NCBI GenBank assembly: GCA_026914245.1
Contig: CP110439.1
Span: forward strand, 4,402,001-4,466,000
DNA from: Puccinia triticina
Taxonomy: Eukaryota
Direction: 5' to 3'
Length of the DNA: 64,000 nt
In this document: in pieces, positions 11,196 through 23,982 of the stretch
Layout of the letters: every line of letters begins with the position of its first letter
How positions within the stretch are numbered: the stretch's first letter is position 1
Made by a program: the position numbers and the translations under genes
The notes under the pieces: model-generated
What the model was told of the DNA's origin: nothing
The model's database searches: none
The model's input: the letters and a program-made list of their open reading frames with translations, nothing else

Positions 11196-13854
11196 GATAT
11201 CAGGAGGATCAAGTGGGGTGTGTTTGTACATAGCCCGGTTGAAGTTGTAGGCACTCCAGCTCTGGCTGGAGTGCACAGTACTGCACTCCCCTTTTGAGGA
11301 GGAGAAATATCAGGAATGGAGTGCTGGGGGAATGCACTCCAATCTGATGGAGTGAGACTCATGGGCACTCATTACATTTCCTGGCCACTGGAGTTCTTTG
11401 TGGTGCAGTCCAAAGAGTCTTGAGTCCCCGGTTCTGCACTCCAATTGACTTGGAGTACTCTATTCTGTACTCCAACAATCATTGGAGTGCACACTCCATA
11501 CACTCACTTTTGGAGTGCTTTTGGGATTTTTTTGGAGTGCATTTAGGCTGACCCTATTTAATTTCAAGTTATTCAGGCGCAGTGCGCATAATGGAGAGAA
11601 GGGAGGAATAGGGGGAGAGGGAAAAGAATGGTCAAATCATGGGGGGGACTAAGAAAGAGGAGATAAAGGTATTCATAGTTACCAGGAAGGTTACTTTCTT
11701 GCAAGTACTGTGCACTAAAAGTGGGAGTATTTGGGAGTAAGGCCTTTGAGTATAGCGAATGGAAGCGCTGGATGCAACTGGTGAATATTTTCTGGTCTGG
11801 TTTTTGAAGTGGGGGAAAGTCCGCCCAGGTCAGGAGGGGCGGTTATAAGTGAAAAATTGAGGGACTTCCTCTATTTTTCTGGAAATTTCTATTAATTTCG
11901 AATAATAGTGCACTCTACATTGCGCAATAGAATATGGACTGAATACAATTCAATTACATTGAAATTATATGTATATATAATATTTATATGTAAAAGCACT
12001 TATGTAATCCGTAGCGCAGGTGCGCAGAACAATTCTATAGCACTCCTGCACTTCAGAATACGATAAATAATAAAGTAATAAAATAGAATAAAATAAAGTA
12101 TAAAAACATTAAATATTATTAATAATTCATTACCATTATTATATTAATATTTAAAGGGGTAAAAAGGAAGACATTTTGACATGTAAACATGTCTCTAAGG
12201 CTGACATATGACCAACCCACAATTCAGTTACAAATGAGGCAATGGATCATATCTGGCAGACTTCTAGAGAGAAATTACAGTCTGGCACACTCTAGAGAGT
12301 GCAACACATCCCCCCCTGGTGTGGGGGTTAGAAAAAATGCATGGATTAGGAACAAAACATATGCTTTCTGGTTGAGTTTGGGGAGGTAAGAAAGTAATCC
12401 TCTTTGACAGGAAAGAAAGATGTGGTCATTCCATTGCAAGCCAGGTCTCCTTGTGGAGGTTGGCTGTACCTCCTGCTCCAGGCCTGCAGAGTGGGTGTAT
12501 CCCCCCTGTCTACATGTATCATGGCTACAGTCAACACTGAAACTTTTCTGATCCCTGGCAGTGCACAATATTGGTCAGTAAATCCAATATTTTTGGATTG
12601 GATTTGATTGGCCTACCATTCCAATAGACCTGTTGACAATAATGAGGATTGGATGCCCAATACCGGGCATAGGCCCAGGATTGGCTTGCATTGGCCTCTT
12701 TTCCAATACCTTTTATTGTATCACCCCTCCAATTCAATACACAAGGTCAATGAAATTGTGTCTTGGGTGAGTGATCCAATCCACAGCATTGCTGGTAAAA
12801 TGTGCATATCAGAACAGTTTCAGTGTTGCTAAAGTGGGTTGGAGGAAGAATAAATTACATTCAACTGATGTGGAATTTATTCCTGTCATAAATATTGCTA
12901 TTCTCAGGGGCTTTCTGTCTGGGCTGGCCAGAGTGTCAGCTTGTTTGTGTGAAACTGGATGGCTCTTCTTGCCAATCCTTACAAAAGAGTGTCAAAAGGA
13001 TAGGTCTGCCTAATCCACAGAGGTTCTTATTAATATAGAGTGTAAATCCCGCATCAAAGTGCTTGTAATCAAGCCCCCAATGAAGACAATAGTGGATGAA
13101 TTACCATCAAGATCTGATAGTCAACAAGCACAGCATTGCTTCAGGCCCATGTGGATGTCAAGGCAATTTTGGGGCATTGAGGTCAAGCCAATGTGAAAAC
13201 CCATAAACTGGGCCCAAATTGCAGGTTGAGCTGAAATTGGAAGTTGTGGTCTCCCGCTGCAAGAAATTTTTCCAGGGGGGGTCATGCAGTTTGGCCCAAA
13301 ATTTTGTTCCACATCAAACCAGCATAGAAATAAATATGTGGTGCAGTTGGAAGGGCAGAGCTTGCAAATCCACCACCCCCTTCTACAAAGTACATTTAGC
13401 AAAATGGGTTCACAAAAAAGTTTTGAGTTTTACATCAGATTTGGAGGTGTTTCTGAGAGAAAGAAGGCAGGTATTCCCAGGTACTTGTGCTCACAGGTGC
13501 AGGTGACCAAAGTATTTTGGGTCAATCTAAATGCACGCCACTTTTTGACTAGATGCACACCAAAAAAGTGGCATGCACGCTGTAATGATCCGTCTGTCAG
13601 GGTTGGGAGGCGCTGTCTGGTCTGTCTAGCTAAATAGTTGATTGCTAGATGGGGAAGCAGGATGATCTCCCCCCGGGTCCCTCTAATGCTAGGGACCTGT
13701 GACATGTACATACAACAAGTAACATGCCCTCTGGAGTATGCTAGGCGCGCAAGCGCAGCTCATAACATTACTCCGCCCTTAACGCCCAAGCCCCCGGCTC
13801 TGCGTCCTAATCCCCGGGCGGCGTCAAAAAACCCTGTAGGGAAAAAGCCAACCC

Positions 13855-16800
13855 TCATCTGAATCTCTGTGACCTCCGGTGTCGATCCGCCGCGTCAGGA
13901 AATTTTTTGTTGAATTCTAGAAGTAGTTGTTGGCAGTGGGTAAGATTCGCGCTTGGTTCCCAAGAATTGGCGTCCTGTCCGTAACCCTTCCATCCCACTA
14001 GGTACTCCATTTTTCCTCGCCGTTTCCTACTGTCCAAGATTTCCTCTACTTCCCACTCTTCTTCTCCTTCCACCTCAATTTGTCCTTGTTCTGCCGCGGC
14101 CCTTCCTTCGACGGTGTCCTGATTAGCCTTCCTGAGTACAGAGACATGAAAATTTGGATGTACCCCCTTCATGGAGGGCGGTAGTGTTAGCTTATACACG
14201 GATGTGGAGACCTTATTAGAGATGAAATACGGTCCTAGCCACTGGTGAGATAGTTTCGGGCTGGGTCGCGTTGTGGAGATGTTCTTGCTACTGAGCCAAA
14301 CCGCGTCGCCAACGCTCCACGATGGTGTTTTCCGCACCCGCTTGTCAAACTGCCTTTTCATGGTATCTTGTGCTCTCTCCAGGCTCGCCTTCAGTTCCTG
14401 TTGCACCTCGACGAGGCCTTCTAGCCTCTTCTCAACCGCTGAGAGGCACTGCCCCGACAAGGGTACTCCCCCGATTGTCGCGTCAAAACCATAATTAGCC
14501 TTGAATGGCGACATGCCTGTCAAGGAATGATCGTGATTGTTGTACGCGAATTCCGCGATGGCGAGTAGCAGCTCCCAGTTGTCTTGGCGGTAGTTCACAA
14601 AATGTCTTAGATACTGCTCCACGGCCTTGTTGACTATTTCTGACTGTCCATCGGTCCGTGGGTGGAACGCTGTTGAGGGGCAGAGTCGTATTCCTAGCGC
14701 TTTGCTAAGTTCTTTTGTGATTTGTGAGATGAAAATGCTCCCTCTATCAGATACGACTGTTTTGGGCGTGCCGTGAAGTTTCCATACGTGGCGTAGCATC
14801 AGATCTGCTAGCTCGCCCGCAGTCGTGGTCTTCTTGCACGGTATGAAATGGGCCATCTTCGTAAGCCGGTCCACTACCGTTAGGATGCTATTGGCTCCAT
14901 TCGAACTTGGCAGATCCGTGATCAAATCATAGGAGATGTCAGTCCACGGGCCCGCTGGTATGGGTAGCGGCTTGAGGGTACCAATTGGCTTCTGCGTCAA
15001 GGCCTTGACTCTCTGGCACAAATCGCACCCGTCGACATATCTGTTCACGAAGTGTTTCATCGAAGGCCAAGTGAAACAACGCTGGATCAGCGCAAGTGTC
15101 TTAGCCCTGCCCGGGTGTCCCACTGGTCGACAGTCGTGGCGACTGTGCGTGATAGCTTGCTTGATAGACTTGTCCGCCGGCACCTCGATTAGCCCGTTCC
15201 GGTATAGCACTCCGTCCATGTGCGCGTATTTGTCCATTTCTGTGTCACCTGCCTGCATCCTTTGTAACAATGTCGTCAGTTGTTGATCCTTTTGTGTGGC
15301 CGTGCGGACGAGACTTATCAGCTCGGCATCCGTTGGCGCTATATCCGTGTCCAAAGGGTCTAGGCGGTCCTCTTTGTCGCCGCCGAGTAAATCCACTTCG
15401 AAGTATTTTTCGGCGTCTTCCAAATCAATCGTCTCGTCAACAAACCACTTGTCCACCTCGGCCCACTCCAGCTCGGATACCGCCGCGAACGTTTCCGGTG
15501 TAATGTTCTCCGGTCGCAGTAGTTGGCCAAATGACAGCTTATCCTCCTTGTTGGGCGCTAGGTCGGGACGCCTAGACAGCGCGTCCGGCTTCGTCGCTTG
15601 TCTCCCGGGGCGGAAAATAATCTCAAAATCAAAGTTTCCTAGAGTCTCGGCCCAGCGCGCTTGCCGACGGGATAGGCTTTTGGTGGTCATAAAGCTCTTG
15701 AGGTTTCGGTGATCCGTGTATACGATAGCCTTCAATTGATTGGGGTTGCCCTCCAAGTAGTGGTGCCACTCCTTGAAAGCGGCCACAATGGCCAAAAGCT
15801 CTTTGTCGAATATCTCGTAATTCTGCTCTGCTTGGATGAGGGATCTGGACAAGTAAGCTACCGGGTGTAATTTGTTGTCCTTCTCACATACTTGCGACAA
15901 CACCGCCCCTAGTGCAAAATCTGAGCAATCGCACTCCAGCAGGAATGGTCGGTAAGGGTCCGCGATCTTCAAAATTGGGGCTGTTGTAAACGCTGTCTTG
16001 AGGGATTCAAACGCCGCATCGCAACGCTCGTCCCAAATGAAGCGGGTGTCCGTTCTCGTGAGCTCATGTAGCGGCCGTGTTGTTCTTGAGAATTGATCTA
16101 TGAACCGTTGGTAGAAATTAGCAAACCCCACAAACCATTGCAATTCGGTGACGTTAGTGGGGGCTGGCCAGTCCGTGACCGCTTTGACTTTTGCCGGGTC
16201 CATCCGCACTCGATTGCACGATATGAGTAAGCCTAAGTATTCGACCTCTTCTCGCGAGAACTCGCACTTCTCCGGTTTAAGCCAAAGCTGGTGCTTGCTG
16301 AGTGTCTCCAGCACTCCACTGACCGCTTCCTCGTGGTTGGTCCCGCGCTGCGTATAGATCATGATGTCGTCTAGGTACGCCGCCGTATCTTTGCCAATCC
16401 TGCCGAGTAGTATATCTTGAATGAAAAATTGGAAGAAGCCAGGCACCCCTGTCGGCCCAAACGGCATCGTCAGCGGTGCAAACTGGCCGGCGCAGCACAC
16501 GAACGCCAGCTTTTCCTTGTCGCCCTTGGCCACTCTAAGGTTTCCATAGGCATTGCGCAGGTCGAGTTTTGTGAATTTGTCAGCGTCAAGGAGGCTATCC
16601 ACCAAATCCATTGTCAGGGGGAGCGGGTACTTATTTTTCACCGTAAGTGCGTTCAACTTCCGATAGTCAAAGCACGGTCTCAGGTTGCTGTCTTTCTTCC
16701 CCGTAAACAGCACTGGTGCCGCCTACGGAGACGTCGTCCGTCTGATCGTCCCGTTGTCTAAGCCCTCTCTTATGAGCTTGTCCAACGCGTCGTTTTTGTT

Positions 16801-18378
16801 GAAATTTCACAGTCTTTTCTCTCCTTTTTCCTCCACCTGTCACACGTTCCCTCCTTCCAGTTGAATATTCATTGTCACACCTTCTGTCCCACAACCTGGC
16901 CCCCCGTTGTAAACAGCTTATAGTTCATCCACTGCTGTGATAGAATAAAAATCATCAGTTCTCTGCGCGCTGTTCCCTGAGACCCAGTGAGTCTCCTGTA
17001 GTGAGAATCTTTTTTTCCTTCTCACAGCTAGCAGTTTAGACCCTCTTTCTGGGTCTCTTGTTCTATCTTCTTGCCCCCGAGCCTTTCTCCTCGGGCGCTC
17101 TTTCCTCCTCCCTCCGATTCGGAGGCCATAGCTTTAACAGTTTTCCGCCGGGGACAGCGGGATCACTTGGCTGGCTTGCGGTACCGCTCCCGGGACTAGA
17201 TCCACCCGGAAGTCGTATTTGCGCCGGGGTGGGAGTCGTTGAGCCTCTGTCTTGCGAAACATGCCCAGATAGGAGTGGTACCTCGCCGGCACCATGTCTT
17301 CCAGTGCTTTTGCCGGTTCGGCCCCCTTAGTTTCAGCTGCCAGCCTCGCCGATGTGGACCAGGAAGCCTTAGCCGCACAAATCGACCCGGGAACCTGCTC
17401 TGTCGAATTCAAAAGGTGTACCCGCTTGCCAGTTGTCCTTAAATCTGTTGGATATGGGGGTAATGGGGGTATGGTCGGGGACTCACATTGCGGGGGCGTT
17501 GTTCCGCATAAAGCGCGCACCCCCTCGTCATTTAACCTCGCGTACCTCCCTACGGGCTCCTGCCCGTCGGTGGTGGTTGATTTTGGTATAGACGAAACCG
17601 CCGGAGCGGTCGCAATGGTCCTCTTCGGTGTCTCTCTCGAGGGTGGTCCCTCCGGGACTTCAACGCCTGTCGGTTCTGCCGGCTCTTGGTGATGGGGGGT
17701 TGTCGTCGGTACCTGTGTGAGAAGTTCTAATGGTTGTATCCGCTTGCCAGTTGCTCTTACTTGGGCTAATGGAGTGAATGGCTGGTGGGACTCACATCGC
17801 GGGGGTGTTGATCAGCATAAAGCACGCACCCCCTCGACAATTCTCCTTGCTTGCCTCGCTACGGGCTCCTCCCCGTCCTGTGAGGTTGTTTTTGGAGTTG
17901 ACGACACTGCTTTGGCAGTGGCGATCCCAGTCGAAATAGGTGTCAGTCGGTGGTTGTTCCATTTGATCCAGTGTCCGTGCTGTTTAATCCACGGCATCCC
18001 CAGGATCCCGTCGTAGCTGTCTTTCAAGGTCGTGATGATGAATGTTGAGGGCCTCTGGTCTTGGTCTAGTAGGAGGTCCACTTCCTGAGAGGCCTGGCTC
18101 CTGGAGCCGTCAAAACCAGATATGGTCCTCACGGCAGCCGAGTCGGTAAGTCTCAGGCCTGCTCTAGCGGCAAACGCTCCACTCAGAACGTTGTGGGTGG
18201 CTCCTGAGTCTATGAGAAAGGTGGCGGAGAGGGGGGTTGTGGCTTGGGGATTATGTAGTGTGAAGAACGTGAGGCTTGCAAACAGCCGTGAATCCATTGC
18301 ATTTCGGATGACTATTTTACAAGTTCCCACATTAGCTACTACAGCGTCCCTGCTGCTTGGGGGAGGCACAACCTTCAC
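13855..18378 (-). pseudogene. Gypsy pol (PR-RT-RH-IN-chromodomain), disrupted
   Basis: LIDSGATH protease; YLDD RT; ECDCSDFALGAVL RNase H; GHPG and FHPRTDGQSE integrase; WEVEEILDSR..YLVGWKGY..SWEP chromodomain. Broken by stops and a solo-LTR insertion. Confidence 0.9.
16797..17139. mobile_element. Solo LTR (343 bp) inserted in Gypsy pol
   Basis: TGTTGAAA...TTTAACA ends; TSD GTTTT (16792-16796, 17140-17144); removal restores PLSPAEN|DALDKLIREGL. Confidence 0.85.
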
Positions 18379-19382
18379 TCCCGAGCGTCGCCATTTTTTG
18401 ACTTGTCCGCTCTTCCCACTCCGCCGCTTGTCCCCTCGCCCATGGTTAGTCGTCGTACTTGGTCCTCCAGTTCAGCGATCCTTGCGTCCACCTTCTTGCC
18501 CTTCCCCTTCTTTGGGCATCCTCTCGCCAAGTGACCCTTTTCACCGCAGTAGAAGCATAGACCGGCCCTCATCATGGCGGCTTTATCCGAAGTCAAGAGG
18601 GTCCCCTTTATAGCCGAGATGTCCATGGCATTGGGGTCTGTTGTTGCGGGGTTCGAATCAGCCATGCCCGTATCGGCCCCATTAATCTCGTTGTTGATCT
18701 TCAGGGCAAGGTTGCTGAGGTCCGTGAGCGCGGTGAATTGGGTTTGAGCAAGAACCAGCGCCAATCAAATGTCTTTCTTGAGTCCCTGTTGATACTGGCT
18801 CATGAGGGTTGACATCTCCCATCCCGTGTTGGATGCGTGTTGATTGAACTGAAAGGTGTAGTGCGCCACCGATTTCGTCTGTTTCAGCTGTCGGAGCGCC
18901 TTCTCGGCTCGGGACTTCCGTTCGGTGTCGTAGTACATCATCTGGAAGGCCGTGGCGAATTCGAGGTACGATACCGGCTGTCCCGCGAAGAGTTTGCTCG
19001 TGTAGGGTTGGGCCCATTCGCTGGCTTGCCCGGTCAGGTACGAGATGGAGAAGATCACCTTGCTGCGGTCGTCCGGGAACATGCGGGGGTTGGAAAGGAT
19101 GTAGAGGCCGATCTGCGTCACGTAAACCTTGGCTTTTGGCCCCCTCGTGCCGTCGTATTTGTCCGGGAGGCCGACCTTGGGGCCTTTCGCCGGGATCTCA
19201 TCTTGTACCGGGGCCGCGTTGAGAGGCTGTCCTGGAACAATAGGTACCACGGCAGGTGCGACCATACCCGCTTGTGCCGCTGCAAGTTCGGCCTCGGCAC
19301 GTTGTCGGAGTCCGCGCTCCTCCTGGATTGAAGCCGCTAGCTCCTCAATTCGGGCCCGTAATGTAGCCGCGTCGTCGGCCAT
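18375..19382 (-). pseudogene. Gypsy gag with premature stop
   Basis: PDKYDG capsid-type motif and CFYCGEKGHLARGC zinc knuckle; in-frame TGA at 18765-18767 separates two same-frame ORFs. Confidence 0.9.
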
Positions 19383-20039
19383 TCAGTGAGCTGTTGGCGT
19401 GGAGGTCGGAGTGTGTGTTGTTGGGATTTAGATGATCGAGGTAGTCGTTCTGGGGTGGGGTTCTGTTTTTCTGGAGTCTGGTTATTTCGGTTCTGTTTCT
19501 TTCTCCTGTCTCGGTTCTTTCTGGTTTCGGCCTCGTTCCCCGTTTAGTGATCTAGCAATATGTAATGATCCGTCTGTCGGGGTTGGGAGGCGCTGTCTGG
19601 TCTGTCTAGCTAAATAGTTGATTGCTAGATGGGGAAGCAGGATGATCTCCCCCCGGGTCCCTCTAATGCTAGGGACCTGTGACATGTACATACAACAAGT
19701 AACATGCCCTCTGGAGTATGCTAGGCGCGCAAGCGCAGCTCATAACACACGCCTGCACGCCAAAATAAATGGCATACAGGAGCAGTGCACGCCATTTGTT
19801 TGGCTTGCGTAGCCCTGCACGCCAAAAATACTCCTTTTTGGAAGAATTTTAGCGTGCACAAACCCTCCACGCCATTTTTTTTGGCATACAGGTGTTGCAC
19901 GCCACTTTTTTGGCGTGCATATAGTCAAAAGTTGGCATGCACCGTTTTACATGCAGTTTTATTTTGGGGCACAGTTGGCCACTGCGCCCCTGCGGCATGA
20001 CAAATAGTGCCTCCGCCACTATGAATAGTGCCAGGATGA

Positions 20040-20295
20040 ATAGTTTTCATAGTGGCCGAGCTTGGCGGAGTCACTATTTATAGTGGCGGGGCTTGGCGGA
20101 GGCACTATTCATAGTGGTGGAGCTTGACGGAGGCACAATTCATAGTGGCGGAGCTTGGCGGAGGCACTATTCATAGTGGCGGAGCTTGGCAGAAGCACTA
20201 TTCATAGTGCGGAGCTTGGCGGAGGCACTGTTCATATTGCAGAGCTTGGCGCGGGCACTATTCATAGCGCAGAGCTTGGCAGAGGCACTATGAAT
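20040..20295. repeat. ~30-31-bp minisatellite
   Basis: About 8 units of TTCATAGTGGCGGAGCTTGGCGGAGGCACTA. Confidence 0.85.
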
Positions 20296-20804
20296 AGTAC
20301 ATGGCATATGTCATTGGGCCGCAGTGGTCACACCCTATTTTGTTGTGCGCAACTGTTCCCGCCAAAAAAATTGCATTCAAAATGGTGCACGCCACTTTTT
20401 TGCCTAGATGCACGCCAAAAAAGTGGCGTGCAAAGCCTGTACACCAAAAAAAATGGTGTGGAGGGTTTGTGCACGCCAAAATTCTTCCAAAAAAGAGTAT
20501 TTTTGGCGTGCAGGGCTACGCACGCCAAACAAATGGCGTGCACTGCTCCTGTACGCCATTTATTTTGGCGTACAGGCGTGCACGCCACTTTTTTGGCGTG
20601 CATTTAGATTGACCCAAGTATTTTCAGGCAGGTACTTCAATGCACCGTCAGTAGTATGATGTATTCTAAACTTACATTTCTTGTGAATGAGGCAATGATC
20701 AGAAAATCCATCCATCTAGAGTTTTAAGAAAATTTGGAAACATAAATCAAGCATCGCCTGTACCAAGACACGTATGGTACCTGCCAGCCGGGCCGTGGGT
20801 ATCG

Positions 20805-20884
20805 GCGCCGTTGGTGTAGTGGTTAGCATTGAAGCCTTCCATGAGAATTAGCTTTAGTCCGGGGTTCGAATCCCCGACGGCGCA
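20805..20884 (+). tRNA. tRNA-Gly(TCC) with ~8-nt intron
   Basis: Acceptor stem GCGCCGT/ACGGCGC; A box TGGTGTAGTGG; anticodon arm GAAGC-CT-TCC-A[TGAGAATT]A-GCTTT; B box GGTTCGAATCC; T-run terminator. Confidence 0.9.
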
Positions 20885-21359
20885 GTTTTTGCTGCATCTG
20901 AGTCCGCTTGTCATTATTGTCACTGCTCGCAGGATGTCATGACGAGCGGCGAACGAAGCACGATCATGCGTCTGTCCCTTATCCCCGTTTGTGAGTGAAT
21001 TTACCAATTAACGACTTGAGTAATGGGCAAGTTTCATCTAAGAAGGGATCGAGGGGAGTAACACCTCTCGATGTCTGGTCAGACAGTCGTCGAGGGGACT
21101 TGCACCTCCTCTCGATGTCTTTCATTTGCCGGCCGCTGGACTTTCAAAAGATCAGTTCATGCCAATGAGACCGTGTTCATAATAAAATGAGCTAGTTCTA
21201 ATTAATTCATGAATATATGCATGTAAGCCAAAGTACTGTACCAGAAAAAGTCTGTCTAAACGATTGCCACAGATCACCACCACCTCAACGGAGATTGGGA
21301 TTCTATGTAGAAAAAAATTACTGTAGTTGCGATTGCTGATCCAGCGCGCAAAAATGTGA

Positions 21360-21454
21360 TGCCTCGATGGTGGATTGAACACCAGACCTTTCCATGAATC
21401 CGTGCGGACATGATCGAGTACGAGTGGAACGCTCTACCACTGAGCTATCGAGGC
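21360..21454 (-). tRNA. tRNA-Thr(CGT) with ~23-nt intron
   Basis: Minus strand GCCTCGATAGCTCAGTGGTAGAGCG-TTCCA-CT-CGT-A[intron]A-TGGAA...GGTGTTCAATCCACCATCGAGGCA, then a T run. Confidence 0.9.
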
Positions 21455-23982
21455 ACATTTTGTATGACGTAAATGACTTTTTTTGGCTACATATATCCAG
21501 CAGTGTAAGACGCAATTGCATGCCTGAAACACGTCATGTGCGCAATCTTCCAGAATATTTGAGGTTTGTGAAGTTTGATTGAAAATACTGTCAGTGGAAC
21601 GAACTCGGTGCAAGATTACCTCGGAGCATGAAAGTTCGGGTGTGGAAGGCTATAGAGATCGTGAGGAACACCTGCCCAGTGGGGATCATGATGTGATTCT
21701 CGAACAGGGGTTTGTAACAAACCTGACTTTGAAGCACCTTTGGCAAGCCATCAAAACAATACCCACAAAAAGTATTACTTGCCCACAACAAGGGGGATTT
21801 TTGGAAACTAGAGATTTTAATTTTCAATCCTCCAACCTTGACCCTTGAGTGACTTTTGGCACTTGGGACTGGTTAAGGAGCAGTTGCTATGGCAAGCCGG
21901 TGGAATGTATAACGACGGGGTAAAACTGCCAAACAATTGGCTGGCAACTCCCGATGCCAAAGGTTAGACAACATCAAGATAAGTGGACCGCCTATGAATG
22001 GTTGTAGGACAAACCTGCCCCTGGGATTGGAACAGTTTTTTCGGTCCTGGCTCTTTTGGCATGCATTAATCCTTGTTTGCGGTCAATCACAATCAACGAT
22101 ATACTCCTCCATTTGGGAGCCTTGATTTACCTTGAAGAAACACACCTGCCAAAAATGTGAACAACGCTGAACCACAGTAAGTGATAGAGGTCGGCTGACT
22201 CTACACCCATCGACTCTACACCCACCTACAGCCCCTGATTACCCAAGCTTTATCCCCCAATTGATTATTTCTGTTGCGCTTATTGTCGAATAAAGAATCA
22301 GAAGTTTCACCTCTCCATAAGCCATACATCATGTTCATGTGTGTACTCAAATTATCTCTAAAAATTCGAACCCAGAATGAGGTGTTTTAGGCAAAAATCG
22401 GTACATATAAATTTGTTATCTTGATTCAATGGAACTTGAAGGCGGGCTTACAGAGCTATTCCCATCGTGGAACGGTTGTGACGAGATAATGTGGATGGCG
22501 GAGCACCTCTTGTGTGCGTTGGAGCCTGGACTGTAGATAATAGGTGCTGTCAGTCTAGTTCATGGATTGAAACGCCTTCCGATCGACGCATGCCTGCCAT
22601 GAAGTTATTCAACCGTGGTGGTTTATTGGCTGATGAGAAAAGAACCAGTCCGCCATCCTGAGAGCGCAAATTGGCTGGGATTTGTGAGTTTCATGACGGG
22701 AGACATCCTACTCATTCATCAAACCGAATCGGTCGATTGCTGCGCCCTGTCCAGGAATCCAAAAGCTTTCTAACAGGCCAGGTTTCGAGGCTCCAATGAT
22801 AAATCATCACTGTTGCTAATATGAATATGCAGGCGGCGGCCCCAGGGCAATTCAGTTGTATGTATCGGAATTTTGTTAGCAGGAGGAACTCTTTGGTGCC
22901 TCGTGTAGCACAGAGGAACCTGAAAAAAGAGAGAATATGGGTCAGCGGAAGGTTAAACATCGAGTAGGCTGAAGTAGAACGCACCAGACAAGCAATCTAT
23001 CCTTTGTTTTGAGCCTATGTAAGGTACATAAATAGCGTGCTGAGCTTGGCCGCGTCAGTAATCTCCATGGTGACCAGAGATTGTTTCCGCGTTTGATTTG
23101 GCATATAAAAGGTGGAGTCAGTCAGACAGTCTGTCTGTTCAGACTTCATGCCAATCAGCTTCGTCTTCCCCCGATCCCAAGACTAACCTTCACCCTCTCC
23201 CCCTCCCGAAATTCTTACTCCTTTCTTTGCTTGCTTCATCCTCCCAACCATCTTCGCCTTTCCTATCCTTTATCTTTGATGCTCGACAGAACTAGTCGGC
23301 CCGTGACAGACTTCAATCGCTGTCCCTCTTCGACAACAATTTGAATCGCTAGTCGCTACTTCCATGGAAGTACTCGTCCGCAACTTCTTTGAGCACGACT
23401 TTGCAAACCTGGTCGTGAAACGCTTGCAGAACGTGACTACAGACAGTCACTTCAATGTCGCAGGTTGAAATAGCTTGATCTTGATGCATCGACGTTTCCT
23501 TCACGGTCCATTCCTTTTGGTTTTATTCTTCATGGCGACTTCATACCATGCAGCGTGAACCATGGTCTACTGGTCATGATTGGTTCTCTTGATTCTCGAT
23601 TTCGCCGAATGTCATCACAACTCTCTGGAACCATTACCATCAACTAGATGGATCGAGTTTCTATCTCAATTTCTACAATCTCATTAGTGGGAGCAGGTCG
23701 CACCCTGATGAACCATGAAAATTTTTCAATGCGATCATTGCGTCCAATCAGAGTGATAGATGATTCATAGCGCTACGGACAACCTGTTTGTTCAAGCAGC
23801 ACTTTTAATTCTGATTCATCGATAGCGCACGCCAAGTGCACAATCTTCTCCATTTCCGTTCTCTTCGCCGACTGAGGTGGCTTTAGGCTTGCGCTAGCAG
23901 TTTGTGTCTGCAAGTTATATACTCCGAATACTGTTACAAGTTTTTGATGACTTCTAATGTTCCTTTTGAGAACACAAAGCGT

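Larger units (their letters stand above)
6324..11554. mobile_element. Non-autonomous TIR element (Mutator-like or AcademH-like) with 8-bp TSD
   Basis: TIR GGGTCAGCCTAAATGCACTCCAAA at both ends; TSD TATTTAAT (6316-6323, 11555-11562); TGCACTCC/GGAGTGCA subterminal repeats; first 213 bp tandemly duplicated (6324-6536, 6537-6749). Superfamily assignment rests on TSD length only. Confidence 0.8.
3612..12206. mobile_element. Solo LTR (~1.0 kb when reconstructed) split by two nested DNA-transposon insertions
   Basis: TGT (3612) ... ACA (12206) ends with 5-bp TSD TATGA (3607-3611, 12207-12211). AT-rich LTR-like pieces at 3612-3725, 6065-6323 and 11563-12206. Confidence 0.7.
13581..19747 (-). mobile_element. 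Ty3/Gypsy chromovirus LTR retrotransposon, full-length but inactivated
   Basis: 187-bp LTRs (13581-13767, 19561-19747; one mismatch seen); TG..CA ends; TSD CACGC; purine tract beside the 3' LTR; gag, protease, RT, RNase H, integrase and chromodomain on the minus strand. Confidence 0.95.
13519..20615. mobile_element. Non-autonomous TIR element (Mutator-like or AcademH-like), 9-bp TSD, interrupted by a Gypsy
   Basis: TIR GGGTCAATCTAAATGCACGCCA; TSD AAGTATTTT (13510-13518, 20616-20624); long inverted arms rich in TGCACGCC. Confidence 0.85.

Noticed and set aside
6324..11554. DD38E transposase as the autonomous gene of the 8-bp-TSD element
   Set aside because: It has its own TIRs and flanking duplication at 6952-8935, so it is a nested insertion.
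18375..19382. Programmed stop-codon readthrough in gag
   Set aside because: Better explained as a CGA-to-TGA mutation; the element has other inactivating lesions.
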